64,000 nt of DNA from Octopus sinensis (Eukaryota), in the NCBI RefSeq assembly GCF_006345805.1, contig NC_043000.1, positions 55,676,001 to 55,740,000 on the forward strand, in the 5' to 3' direction. The position numbers and the translations under genes were made by a program. Below, in pieces: positions 1 through 12,999 of this stretch (its first letter is position 1; each line of letters begins with the position of its first letter). The notes beneath the pieces were generated by a model. The model saw only the letters and a list, made by a program, of their open reading frames with translations. It ran no database searches and was not told where the DNA came from.

Positions 1-285
1 GACCAGTTACGCACTGGAGTTGATATAATCGACTTAATCCGTTTGTCTGCCTTTGTTTGTCCTCTCTGTGTTTAGCCGCTTGTGGGTAGGAAAGAAATAG
101 GTAATTCGTCTGCCGCTCCGTTCTGAGTTCAAATTCCGCCGAGGTCAACTTTGCCTTTCATCCTTTCGGGGTCGATAAATTAAGTAGCAGTTTCATATTG
201 GGGTCGATGTAATGGACTTAATCCCTTTGTCTGTCCTTGTTTGTCTCCTCTATGTTTAACCCCTTGTGGGCAATAAAGAAACAAG
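1..285 (+). mobile_element. Meta-domain tRNA-derived SINE (family B, long tail), two head-to-tail tandem units of about 185 bp
   Basis: B-box-like gagttcaaattcc followed by the Meta-like core gccgaggtc..ttgcctttcatcctttcggggtcgataaattaagta. The tail (ttgtttgt..ttagccgcttgtggg..aaagaaa) occurs twice, at about 50-100 and 235-285. Matches the full copy at 25056-25284. Confidence 0.85.
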
Positions 286-544
286 AATAATGGTGCACTT
301 TTTGATGTAGTGTAATGATGTTAAATGTTACATATTGGCTTTCATTTGACATTGTTTTCAAAATTTGGGGAAAATTGACCCTTTATCCTCCACCCCACCC
401 TATCATTCACAATATAGGACCGATACCAAATTATACACGTAAATAAAAAAATAATATCCGGATTCTCTTCTTCAAACTGTAAGACTACCTAGCAAGTAAA
501 GTTATATACTATTTGTAGTCAATAATTTTGTATTAATTATGAAG

Positions 545-740
545 GTGATCAGCGGGTAGAATCATTAGCCCGCCGGGTACAATGATTAGCGGCATTAACT
601 TCATCTTCCGACACGGTCGAATTTGCCTTTCATCCTATCGGAGTCGACGAAATAAGTCCAATAGAGCATGGGAGTCGACGTAATCGACTAGCCTCCACCC
701 CTAAAGCTTCAGCTCGGGTGCCCATTGTAGAGAAGATTAG
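545..740 (+). mobile_element. Meta-domain SINE (family B, short-tail variant), diverged
   Basis: Head ggtagaatcattagcccgccggg, core ttgcctttcatcctatcggagtcgacgaaataagt, tail aatcgactagcctccacccc...agaagattag. Confidence 0.75.
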
Positions 741-1390
741 TTATGAAGAGTGGTCGAAAGTTTAACTCCGATACGAAAAAGATACCAAAAAAATATCATC
801 AGATCACTGGAAGTGTATGAAGAATAGAGGTACCCAGGTGTACTGCAGGATGACAAGGTAATTGAAAAAGAAACGAGAATATCACTAAACCTTACATGTA
901 AGAAGTGTTTGAAGCAACACTAATTGGCGGTAATATCATTAAAGCAGTCGGTATGTGAAATATGCCAGTATTGAGATACTATAATCCTTTTTTGAACTGA
1001 AGAGCAACAGAGCTACTAAAATTGTATAGATCTAAAAAGGTGTTCACAATAACGCAAAAGGAAGTACAATTCACCAAGAAGGGGAAAAGGGTAGATGTTT
1101 AGTAAATGCAATGATAAAATAAATAAGAATATTTTTAAAAATCAAATACTCTGCCTAATGTCACAGTTGCAAATGTTAGTTCAGAGAATATCTCGAACTA
1201 CTGCAAAAAATGTAAACTCCTCCCATTTCATTTTGCTCGTTGTTTTTCTTTATTATTTAGTCCTCTAGCTCTCATTATGTATATGCTTGTGTGCGTCTGT
1301 AGTGTGTCTCTATGAGAGAAGTTAAGAGTACGCATTCAATTTTATACAACTAAACATACTACATGTATGCAAATACGTGTGTACGTGTGG

Positions 1391-1500
<110 letters not shown>

Positions 1501-2166
1501 GCATGCATACATTCATTTATACATAAATAATTATGTTTATATGCGAAGGCCGTTATCAGTTTGTGCGTCATTTAATACTTTCTTACAAATATATAGCTAT
1601 CTCTATATGCACAATATCAAGTATCATTCGAGAGAATATTGTCACAGCAAAAGTAAAAGAATTGAAAGTAAAATAACCAAACCAATCTATGGATTTGAAT
1701 TGCAAATCTGTTTTGTTTAGCAACGAAATAGAGTATCTAGTCATACTTTTCCAAGACTCTATACAATTCTATGCTTGACTAATCGTATAAGAAAAAGAAT
1801 ACATAACCTCACAGCTAAAGGTGATCGCTCTTCAATGCGATATGAAATTGAGTCTTTTGAAGAGGTTTGAGAAACGCAAAAGTGTGTGAGTAATATTTAC
1901 AACAAGTTGAATCTGATAGTAAGAAGTATTGTTTAACATGCGACATACTTACATACATACATATGTACGTACGGAAGTATATTTGCCTCCATACATACAT
2001 ACACATATTTACATATATATATAAGTTTATTAATGTGTGTGTATGGGGATGAATGTACATATATGTTCATGTATACACACGTGCTTACATTCATACACAC
2101 ATATATATAAATACACACACACAAAACTCATGCACATTATAAATAATCCTCGAATGTATATGCACA

Positions 2167-2340
<174 letters not shown>

Positions 2341-2667
2341 CGGACTGATAGAAAATAGATACATACATGCAAACATACATATAAATGTATACACGTTCGA
2401 ACGTGTGTGTTAGTGTGTGTGTAGGTGTGTGTGTGTGTGTGTGTGCCTTTTGTATGTATCTATGTATGTATACTTATGTATACATGTAAGCGTACGCAGA
2501 GAGCTCGAATAAGTGATAGAACAGAAACTACATGTACTGTGACGTATGTTAATCTAATTACGAATATATAGTATCCTACAGATGCACACAAGTATATGCA
2601 ATTTAACGCTTCTCTTAATGGAGAACATGCAGGTGATGATACTCTTTCCTTTTGTCGCTTTTCTGTC

Positions 2668-2701
<34 letters not shown>

Positions 2702-3834
2702 ATACATACATACATATGTGAGTGCATGTGTATGCACACACGCGCACACACAGAAACACACACGCGCACATATTTACATATGTGTGTCTGTATACATATA
2801 TATATACAAACAATATACACAAACACACACATGTTTATGAATACATATAGAAATATATACATATAGAGAGAGATAGCTTTGACATGGATTTATATATGCA
2901 TACGCACACACACATATATGCATATTGAGGTCTGTATTTATGCAAATATATATATATATAATATATATATATATATTATATATATATATACATATACATA
3001 TCCAGTTGTTTATGCTTATATGTATATGAAGAAAATATAACCAATTTTTAGAGGCATATATTATTTATGTTTACAGGATAATACATTTCACTAAGACAGG
3101 CTGTAGATTAACGCAGCATGGTGGCTTTGTATGCGAATGATACAATTAATGATGCAGTATAACCTGACAATCGGTTAACATAAATCGGATGTGACACTAG
3201 CCTTACTAAACAAGAACATACAATATGACGTAGCAATAGTTCTATGTATGAAACAAAACCACACACTTCTCAGTAATTCCAGAGTGAAGGGCTTCCATGC
3301 CATTTACATCGTAATATTGTAACAGTTTTCAACCTTGTGAACCAACGAATATGATGCCAATATTTTCTGATCCACGACAAACTGCACATGCCACGGAGAC
3401 CGACATTGAATATATGTAGCAGATTTGAATGATATTTGCTTTCCCTCTTCTAGATTGTGCAGCCAATATCAAAACTAATATTTCTGAGGTGGGAGGATAA
3501 CAAACGAAAAATATAATGCAGTTCATAAACTTATATATTGAAACATATACATTTTTGCTTACGCACATATATCCCTACTATATATATATATAATAAGGAT
3601 ATATGTACGTAAGCAAAATTTGTACAATTCACGATATAAGTATATGGACTGCACTATATATGTATATAGTATGTCGTCAAGTATGAAATTTGTAGAAAAG
3701 AAAACAGTTTGCTTATGTTTTATAAATAAAAGGAATAGTTTTATTCATCAAAGTATGTACCCATATTGTCAATACACTTTTGCCATTTCAGCTGTAGTTT
3801 GTCCAGCCCGGAACTGTAAAAGCCTGGCAATCTA

Positions 3835-4035
3835 GAGTCAATAAAATCTTTGAAGGCCTGTTTTACAACATCGTCTATCAAAAATTATCCACATTCTGGA
3901 AAAAGTGGTAGTCAGTGGGGGCAAGATCAAGTGCGTATGGTGGATGAGGGAGAACTTCCAACTCCAACTCCTGTAGTTTCGCCAAAGTCATTTTTGCGAT
4001 GTGTGGTCTGGCGTTGACTTGCAATAAAAAAAGGA
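3835..4035 (-). pseudogene. Mariner transposase fragment (DD34D C-terminal part)
   Basis: Translation LLQVNARPHIAKMTLAKLQELELEVLPHPPYALDLAPTDYHFF matches the mariner HDNARPH and HPPYSPDLAPxDYHLF motifs. Confidence 0.9.
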
Positions 4036-5775
4036 GTGGATCTGTTGATCGCACTGCATCACATCTTGATATCCTGTAGCTTGTTTTGTTCATATAGATT
4101 AGACCTAAGGGTATCATGCATACATAGAGTCACCCGTATATTTAAATATTTCCGAAATTAGCGTTTATAGGCGCTATACTTGAACTTAGATGGTGAAAAT
4201 TAATTTTTGGTGCCGTATCTTATGTGAACTTACCCTCCAGTATCATACATAATAAAATCATCGGATTTTGAATTATATGGTGAATTAAATTGCATTGCAT
4301 ATGTTATAAGCTATATGGTAAGGTGTGTACTGTGCTACATGTAATTACTATCCCATGAATAATCCTGCCTAGTTAGTCTGACTTCATCATGGTTTTGGTG
4401 ATTAAACTATTTGTTCCTTTCTATGATGTTCTACCCTACAGATCATATTATGCATTTTTGTAATGGCTTTTACGTAAGTTTCCTAATTATATACCCCCGA
4501 GAAACTATAACATCATGTATGTGATAGCACCAGTAACTTTCCAGCTTATAAAATAGCTCTCCGCTCTGAATACTTCCAACTGCCCTCACTACTCCCATAC
4601 CTATTGCTTCCTCTTTGGGGTTATCTTCATCTCTTCCCTACCTCAAATTTTAATACCCTGTCTCATTAAATGTAAGTTATACACATATATATATATATAT
4701 TTCTTACTATTCTCTATAAACTCTTATTTTATTTTCTTATTTTGATATCCTTACCTATTAACCTCTTATTCCTTATAAGCTGTTACTATTCTTAAATAGA
4801 GATATATACTTTCTAGTCTATGTGAGTTGATTATAATATATCCATAACGTATAAATATTTCTGTATGTTTGTATGTGTGCTCATAGATAAATATGTGTGT
4901 GTATCTGTACACAACTTCTATATTTCTTTCTGATTCTTAGCTTATAATTAATATATAGATAGCATGTTTATCTTTCCAGTATTCTATAAGTAAATGCCCA
5001 GAGCAGTTTTTATAGAAACCACCAAATAATTAAAATAATTAAGTACATGAATGAATATTAAACAGATTCTATGCAATCTTCCCTTTTTAATGTTGAAAAT
5101 TGGTATATATACACATTTTATCTATTTTGGTTATATCATTTTCGATAATCTTAAATTTAATCTTTATACGACATAACAATATTGTTGATAAGCAATGACC
5201 CATAGTACCCGTTTAACTGGTACTTAACATCTTGATTCAGGGTCTTCCCCTACCCAGCCTCCTTCATAGACGTTTACGTTATACTACTCCTTAAATCTTG
5301 TCTATTTATAACCAAACCTAGCTATGAGCTGTCAACGCACTCCTGATCTAGATTCTAAACAGACACAGTCCTCTAGTCTTAGATTTAGTATTTGATAAAC
5401 AAGACTAATAAATTAAAAATGAATCACAATCATTTACAAGCTATGGTCCACCAACAAACTTCATACATTTCTTGGAAGTATAGTATATTCTTAGCTGTAA
5501 TAGCGACAACGTGGATTTTTTCTATCCTCTTGCTCTGTTAGATTATTCGAGTATAATTCAACTGAGTAAAATTCTATTTATTTATTTGTTCAGCTGAGGA
5601 TAGCCATACATTTAACTTGATTGCATTGTTTATTTAAATGGAGCTGCTTGAAATGGTCGTACGGCATCACTTCCTGATATCCTGTTGTTTATTTTTATCA
5701 TATATATATATATATATACGTACATTCTATGTATGTATATAGGTACATACATATGAATATATTAATACATTGTAT

Positions 5776-5823
<48 letters not shown>

Positions 5824-5877
5824 TACTATATATGTGTGTATATATATATACATTGTATATATGTATATATATATATA

Positions 5878-6080
5878 TTCTTTTATTCTTTTACTTGTTT
5901 CAGTCATGTGACTCCAGCCATGTTGGAGCATCCTCTTAGTCGAATAAATCGACCCCAGAACTTATTCTTTGTAAGCTTGATTCTTATTCTATCGGTCTCT
6001 TTTGCCGAACCGGTATGTTACGAGGACGTAAACAACGGTAGCCATGCGATGTGGGGTGGACAAACACAGACACACAAACA
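5878..6080 (-). mobile_element. SINE family A (CORE-like tRNA SINE), 3' half
   Basis: Reverse complement of the 3' part of 32721-33137 (ttacttgtttcagtca, attctatcggtctcttttgccgaacc). Confidence 0.85.
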
Positions 6081-6118
6081 TATACATAAACACACACACA
6101 CACACATACACACACACT

Positions 6119-6162
<44 letters not shown>

Positions 6163-6164
6163 CA

Positions 6165-6290
6165 TATGAAAGAGAGTTTGTATGTTTGTGTGTGCGCGTA
6201 TGTTCCTTATGCATTCCAAAACCGAGATACCGATTTTGACGTAAGGGGTATCAAAAGATACAGTAAGCTTTTTGTTACCAACTAAACTAT
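6165..6290 (+). mobile_element. Possible non-autonomous Helitron/DINE-like fragment
   Basis: tgtttgtgtgtg..tatgcattccaaaaccgagataccgattttgac resembles DINE/Helentron core motifs. Judged by resemblance only. Confidence 0.3.
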
Positions 6291-7394
6291 ATTTTCATTC
6301 ACATGTTATCATTACAAAAATTAACACTTTTTGTTTTAATCACCTATCGTAAACGGCATTTATGTCACCATCACAATAATGATGACGACACATTTTCGAT
6401 ATGAGCGTGTTCGCATGTTCGTTATCTACGTTAGATTGACGACTGACAAGTATATGTGTGTGGTGGTGTATATGTCTGTCAGTATACATACATTTTTGTG
6501 ACGAGTGACGCACACACACACATATCTAAAGACAGAGACAGACACACACAAGGACAGAGGTAGGATTCAGGTGTACCTTAATGTACGTGTGTGTGATTGT
6601 ATGTCTCTTAATATATGTATGTAAATCCCCCCCCCTCAGTGAAACGCGCCGATATTGAAAGTTTACGTGCGACCTGGACTTCAAACAAATAACAACATTC
6701 ACTTTCACGTACTACTAATATGAAGATATGGCTGATTCAACACTATACACAATATTCGCAAATATATATGAACAAAGTTATTATTCTGATTACCATAACA
6801 AATTCGGAAACTTGGAGAAGTAGGAAGCTTCAGCGGCTCTTTCATTATAATTACAGAAATGTTACTCCACTCATACTAACCAGTTTTCTAGGAGTCCTTG
6901 TATTTTTCATAACTGTAACAACGTCGTACAACCCTTGTACTGCGTTACACAGTATTTATTCTACAGTCTGTAATGTTACACAGTTCAAAAACAGCATCTT
7001 CCTTTTTATACACTTGGTTGTAAAATAAATTATTTTTGTATGAAAAATTGAATTATGCCTTCTGAATTATCTTGGACTTCCACTTTCTTCACCGTGACAT
7101 TTCATTCAATCGTGAAGTTTATAATTATTTAAAACTCTAAGTTTTATAGTTTTAAATAATTATTACCTTTGTAAGGTTTTTACTCCCATACTGGCCACTT
7201 GATAAGATCGATATTTAAATATATCGATCTTATCCTTATTTATAAATTTATATATTTCGTCATTGTATTCACTGCGGTGTTTATTTTGACAATATCGCGC
7301 GAGGAGCTGTTAAACGGGCAAATTAAGCTGTTCGTGTACATACGTGCATATATATGTATATATAGACGTTCGTATATGTAAGTATAACGTATGT

Positions 7395-7445
<51 letters not shown>

Positions 7446-7465
7446 ATTTATGTGCTATCTGGTAT

Positions 7466-7523
7466 ATTCCACTGAAGAAGGTAGAGCATCTCTTATGCAA
7501 AGCCAAAATCCAGGATTTGGAAT
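7466..7523 (+). ncRNA. Degenerate minimal type I hammerhead ribozyme (Penelope-type)
   Basis: Stem I attcca/tggaat, core ctgaaga, GAAA mutated to aaaa (ccgaaa to ccaaaa, CpG-type change), near-palindromic stem III atccaggat. Confidence 0.5.
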
Positions 7524-7665
7524 TATCTAGTAAAATTTTTCTTGCTAGTTTATTTTGTCTCTCTGTCTACTCCCCTAGTGATATATGAACATCTAATGCG
7601 GCTTTAGGGTCAGGTTTTGACTGCTATTTCAGCGTAGTGGTATCTCTCAGATACCCTAATTTATA

Positions 7666-7705
<40 letters not shown>

Positions 7706-8477
7706 TTTAAAATATATTAAAATATTTTAAATGATTAGAATATTCGTAACTAGATAGATAGATAGATATAACTTGATTTTTACTAGTATAGCACTGCTTT
7801 AAGTAGATAACTAAGAGTTCTCACACTACAGTTATCTTTTTCCTTATATCTGCATCAGTTTTTTGAGAACAGGGAAATGAATAGTACTTATACGCTGCTT
7901 AATTGAGGCTTTATTTAATTTCAAACTCATAATTTTAAATCTTAATTTTAAATCTTAATTGTAACTTTTAATTTTAATTCTTAACTTAATCTAATTTAAG
8001 TAGCATAACTTTAATAAAATAAAATGTGTTAATAAAGCCCCATAATTCTGTTTCAAAATTAAATAAATAAGGCTACTCCCTCGGTGATAATATGATTATC
8101 TTCATTATGATAGACAATTCCCTAACACCTTGTAAATGATCTTCTAAGATTTGACATGTAGTCCGTCAATGTATGAATAATAACGGCAACTCCTTAAGAC
8201 AATAAAATGAATAAATGAAATAAATAAATTTTAATGACTTTTTGATAAGATTATACTTAGATTTTCCTAATGTATTTTCTTTTGATTTTAGCCTCTGACT
8301 CCTAAACCCCTGACCGTGTTATCTCTTTAGATTCTCTTTAAATTCATAGCTGATTTCAACAGCAATAAATTAGCTGTTTTACTGGTCAAAGAATAATATT
8401 CTCCTCTAGTTCCTAGATGCCTGTAAATTAAAACCAGACTTGCCGTCTACTAATTCTTCTGTATAACTAGAACCCTC

Positions 8478-8655
8478 TTTCTTTCTTTTTCTTTTTTTTT
8501 CCTTCTTTCCCTATTTCTTTCTCTTTTCTCTTTTTTCTTTTTCTTCTTCTTATTCTCTTTTTCCTTTTCTCTTCTCTTTTAGTCCCCCCCCCCTTTTTGC
8601 TCCCTCCTCCTTTATTTTCTCTCTTTTCTTCTCTTCCCTTCCCTTTTCTGTTCTT
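8478..8655. repeat. Polypyrimidine (C/T) low-complexity tract
   Basis: About 180 nt made almost only of C and T. Confidence 0.9.
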
Positions 8656-8761
8656 TGCATCTCTAGAAAGCCCTTCAGCCTTTTAAAAGTTAAATAGCTA
8701 CAGCCTCTTGTAAATAGCAGTAATGTGATTAATGTGGCAAATACCTAATCATATAACAAGA

Positions 8762-9045
8762 ATTGATACCTACCTCATTGTGTTCAACCATTGATAAATT
8801 TATCGCCTGTGAATATGAAATTCCTCTTCATTTCTCTGGAAATTTACATCTACACCATTGGAAATTGTGCATCTATACAAAGGATTAATTCACCCTCTCT
8901 GTAATGCTAATAAGCAGGAATTGAGACCCACCTCGTTGTGATTAACAATGGATAAATTTGTCGTCTGTGAGTATGTAATCCCTCCTCATATCTCTGGAAA
9001 TTCATATGTGCACTATGGATTAGGTCACCTTCTCTGTGATGCTAT
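8762..9045 (+). repeat. Two diverged tandem copies of a ~158-bp unit in a Penelope-like relic
   Basis: attgatacctacctcattgtg..gataaattt..tctctggaaatt at 8762 recurs as attgagacccacctcgttgtg..gataaattt..tctctggaaatt at 8920. Confidence 0.75.
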
Positions 9046-9194
9046 TAAAACTTTTTTAAAATTCTGTGATAAGACTGTACATCATCTTTAAAGAACTTTA
9101 ATGAACTTTGGAAATCTGTTTATGTTACTTAATTATCTACATTACTTCATGAGTATAGCCTCAACCACTAGGATGTCTAGAGAACTCACATGTA

Positions 9195-9285
9195 TTTTAG
9201 CTGATGAGTACGGGACACGTTTATATGCTGTAATTTTTGCAACATTTAATAAAGCCTGTCCTTGTATGAAACGATTGTACTAAAA
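9195..9285 (+). ncRNA. Type I hammerhead ribozyme (minimal, Penelope-like)
   Basis: Stem I ttttag/ctaaaa, core ctgatga (9201-9207), stem II gtacgggaca/tgtccttgtat, gaaa (9268-9271), stem III ac-gatt-gt. Predicted cleavage after GUA at 9279. Confidence 0.8.
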
Positions 9286-9327
9286 ACCTATCCATTCTTG
9301 TTGCTTCTTTCTCGCGTATATATATAT

Positions 9328-9369
<42 letters not shown>

Positions 9370-9821
9370 TATGCATACATACATATATATTATATATGTG
9401 TGTGTGCATACAGGTAAAGCGGCATTACTCTGAGCGCTTTAGCTTCGTTTCTATGAATACAATCTGGATCCTTACTGATCAGGTTATTAAAAATAGTCCC
9501 AAAAGGAATCAAGACAAAAAATTATAGATTAGTTATAGAATTCATTATAATCTAGGCACATCAACATGTGGGACGCCAGAAATGTTTAGATACAATAACG
9601 TTGGGTTCACAGTGAGGTAAAACAAACATTTTTGTATCATGTGTTGGCTGGTACTAAGAATCTGTATGTACCAAATCCAATTTATATTGTAGACCTTACT
9701 CGGAGACGGGTCTAGGTGACGTATGAAAACTATAGGAATGGGCATTAACATTTATAAATTCGAACTTCTTTCTTAAAATACCACTTACCCAACTGTTGCT
9801 GGATATGTAATTATGAAAGTT

Positions 9822-9920
9822 GTTTAGAAAGTTTACCTGAAAGCGGTGGATTATTTGTTATGATGTAATCTATGAATACATCAATAAATCTCTACTGAAA
9901 CAGTTGTAAATTTTAAACCC
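9822..9920 (+). ncRNA. Degenerate hammerhead relic, same repeat family as 12673-12770
   Basis: gtttac-ctgaaag-cggtgga..tctact-gaaacagttgta. Shares ggatta..taatctatgaatac..gaaacag..ttttaa(a)ccc..tttgtgttct with the 12673 copy. Confidence 0.45.
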
Positions 9921-10316
9921 TATTTGTGTTCTGAAATGTAAGATATATATATATATATATATATATAACAAATCTCTGAGCAAGGTATAAACAGTAGCTG
10001 AACGACATCGTGAAGTATATTTCCCACTTAAATGTGGCTAACCCTTATGGAGGGATGCTACGTGAAGCAATGCAATACATATATGTGTGTGTGTGTATGT
10101 ATATATATGTATATATGTATTTAATGCACAATATACGGATTTAACTAATCCTGTTGTATTCACAGAAAATATCCTTAAATGGATCAGGCTACGAATCCCA
10201 TAGTAAATCAAAACAAATGGGTATAATATATAGTCCCATGCAGTTGAAATCCAATAATTCAAGTAAATATGTTTATCCTATACTTCCTCTCTTTCGTCAT
10301 ATATATATACATTTAA

Positions 10317-10348
<32 letters not shown>

Positions 10349-12074
10349 TATTTATTTCATGACACTACGCTGTTTTGTTTCAACAGGAATTTATTCTGTA
10401 GTGAAATAGTTCTGTACAACTGCTGCCTTCTTTCATATTTGTGTTCATATTGAATACTTCCAAATGCAGATAGAAAAATATGCTCGATGCGAAGTAGATC
10501 GCTGACATTCTTTGCTTTCCTATGATGCAATCTTCTCGCCGAACATACATTTAAACATCGACTATAAATGTGATTGCCCATTTCAAGATGCTGCATGTTA
10601 GTAGAAGGAAATCAATTATAGTAAAGTAATTTATTTATCTGAAAAATAATGTATTAAAAAAATCAGCTTATCATTTGATAATTTCTCCTCTGCAAGATTG
10701 TTATCCAAAGTTAATTTGTATATTCAAACCTAAATACCGTTTGATCAGTTTTGTTTTGTTTTGTTTTTGATTTTTCGTTTTTGTTTTTTCAATATCAAAT
10801 ATTAAAGCCACAATGGCCTGGAAATAATTGCTATAAATGTATTTGCATTGCATTTTGTTTCGTATGTTATTTTTACGTTATCATACTCCATATAGCAAAT
10901 CGCCTGCCTATCACATAGCTTGCTGAATCGAGTTGGGTCTACATAATTGTTCGGTAATTTGCTCGAGGCAAAACGTTAGAAACGAACAGTAACAGCAGCA
11001 ACAATAACAACAAGCACAAGAACAACAATATAAATTTATCAACACCTTCAGTTAACACCCAATTCAGAGGCCACAGCTTTTGTCAGTCCCATTAATTCAT
11101 TTCCTTTAGGAAATTCAAATATTTCATCAGCCACTGCCACACGCAGTACCATTATCTTGGTTTTGAACGTTGTCACTCAGTTAAAGAGACAGTGTATTTT
11201 CGACCAGATTTATTGGTACGTTATCTGTATTCGTGATTGATGAATGTGAATAGAGAGAATTTTTGGGCTGTTGTTTCTAACAATTCCAGCGATTGCCTCG
11301 TGGCACACTCGTTAGCTTGAACATTTAAGAAGGAAACACGGACCCAGTTAGTTTTAGAGAAACGGTGAAGTAGTAGATCTTCGTTAACAGGTACATCATG
11401 CCGCACACCTTATCGTAACGAATAAAGAATTTAAAATTGCGCATAGATTGTGAGTGAAGAAAATAGCGAATGTGTCATTGTCAACAATATTTTTTTTTGT
11501 CATTTTCTCGCTGTCAGACGCAAAATAAGAACTCGGAACTTTAATTCTTTTATCCCTTGTGGTAATTGAGTTTATCGTTCACTTCTGTAAACTTTCCTAT
11601 CAACTAATTGTTGTGACACATAACTCGAATTCTGGATTTTATATTGTGACGTAATTGCATATATGATATCATTTTCCCCCAATTATTAATTTAAATACTT
11701 AACTGATCATTGTGACTCTTCGCAATAAGTTAATAACGTAAGTATATCAAATATAATTTCTTTTAAAATTTAACAGCAATATTTAACCCCACTCTCACAC
11801 TGACAACATGTTTTATTTTTCTTAATAATGTAATTAGGTAGATTCATTGGTATACATTAATGGCTGAGGTTTGGCTATGCACTGATTGATTTAAGCTAAG
11901 AGGTGAACAACCTATACTTGTTTGTTTTACACATATACTACATCGCCAGTCAGATGATTAGCATCAGATCAAGATATCGGTTGGATGTTGATTGTATTTG
12001 TTTAGTATAGACTAAGAATTTCATTAGAATTAAGATGGAAATAATCGAGACACTGTATGTCTATTTTCAAGTCG

Positions 12075-12122
<48 letters not shown>

Positions 12123-12355
12123 CATATACATATACATGTACATGTACATATAAGAGGGTGGACCTCTTAGATCTTCTTCTAGCATAATGGATGTCCACTT
12201 ATAGATCATCCCTCTTATATGTACGTAATATTATTCTTTCTGAAACTTCAGATATTTCAATATGGTAAACCACTGGTTTTAAATTGATATTAAATTAATA
12301 TTCAATTTTTCACCCTTAATATTTTAAATTTAAATTATGCACACACACACACACG

Positions 12356-12387
<32 letters not shown>

Positions 12388-12672
12388 CATGTGTGCGTGG
12401 GTGGGTGTGTATGTGTGTGTATTTATGTATGTATACACATATATATACATATTTATATATATTTATATATATGCATATATATGTATATGTATATATACAT
12501 AAATACACACATACAACATAGCATGCACTGCACCGTTTTCAAGTAAAATTTTAACAGGTATACACAGTTCAGATGAAACCTTGATGATGATAAATCCAGC
12601 CAACATTTTAAGTTATACAACATTTTGGTGGGATTTGTCAACATCACTGTTTTATCACACCTGTTTATATCT

Positions 12673-12770
12673 GGTTAAATTCTACTTGAAAATACTGGAT
12701 TATATGCTATGACATAATCTATGAATACCAAAAAGGTTCTTCCGAAACAGCTGTCGTAAATTTTTAACCC
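12673..12770 (+). ncRNA. Degenerate hammerhead relic (Penelope-like)
   Basis: Stem I ggttaaattctac/gtaaatttttaacc, core ttgaaaa, gaaac-agct-gtc with palindromic stem III. Confidence 0.5.
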
Positions 12771-12999
12771 GTTTGTGTTCTTTTTTATACATATGCCTCA
12801 ATAGAACTAGCCCTGATTGAGTTGGATCTACAGTTTGTATTGTATTTAGTGCTTACATATCTACAGTACTCTATCAGCACATGATACATTTATGTAATAA
12901 CATTAATTCATTCAATAAATAATTTTTTTAGATTACGTATATAGAATAAACTCTGCAATATAAACATACACACACACACTCCAGGTTTGATTCCGTTGT

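Noticed and set aside
11040-11230. Short open frames on both strands (for example MVLRVAVADEIFEFPKGNELMG on minus) as a possible exon
   Set aside because: No recognisable domain and no convincing splice-site pair.
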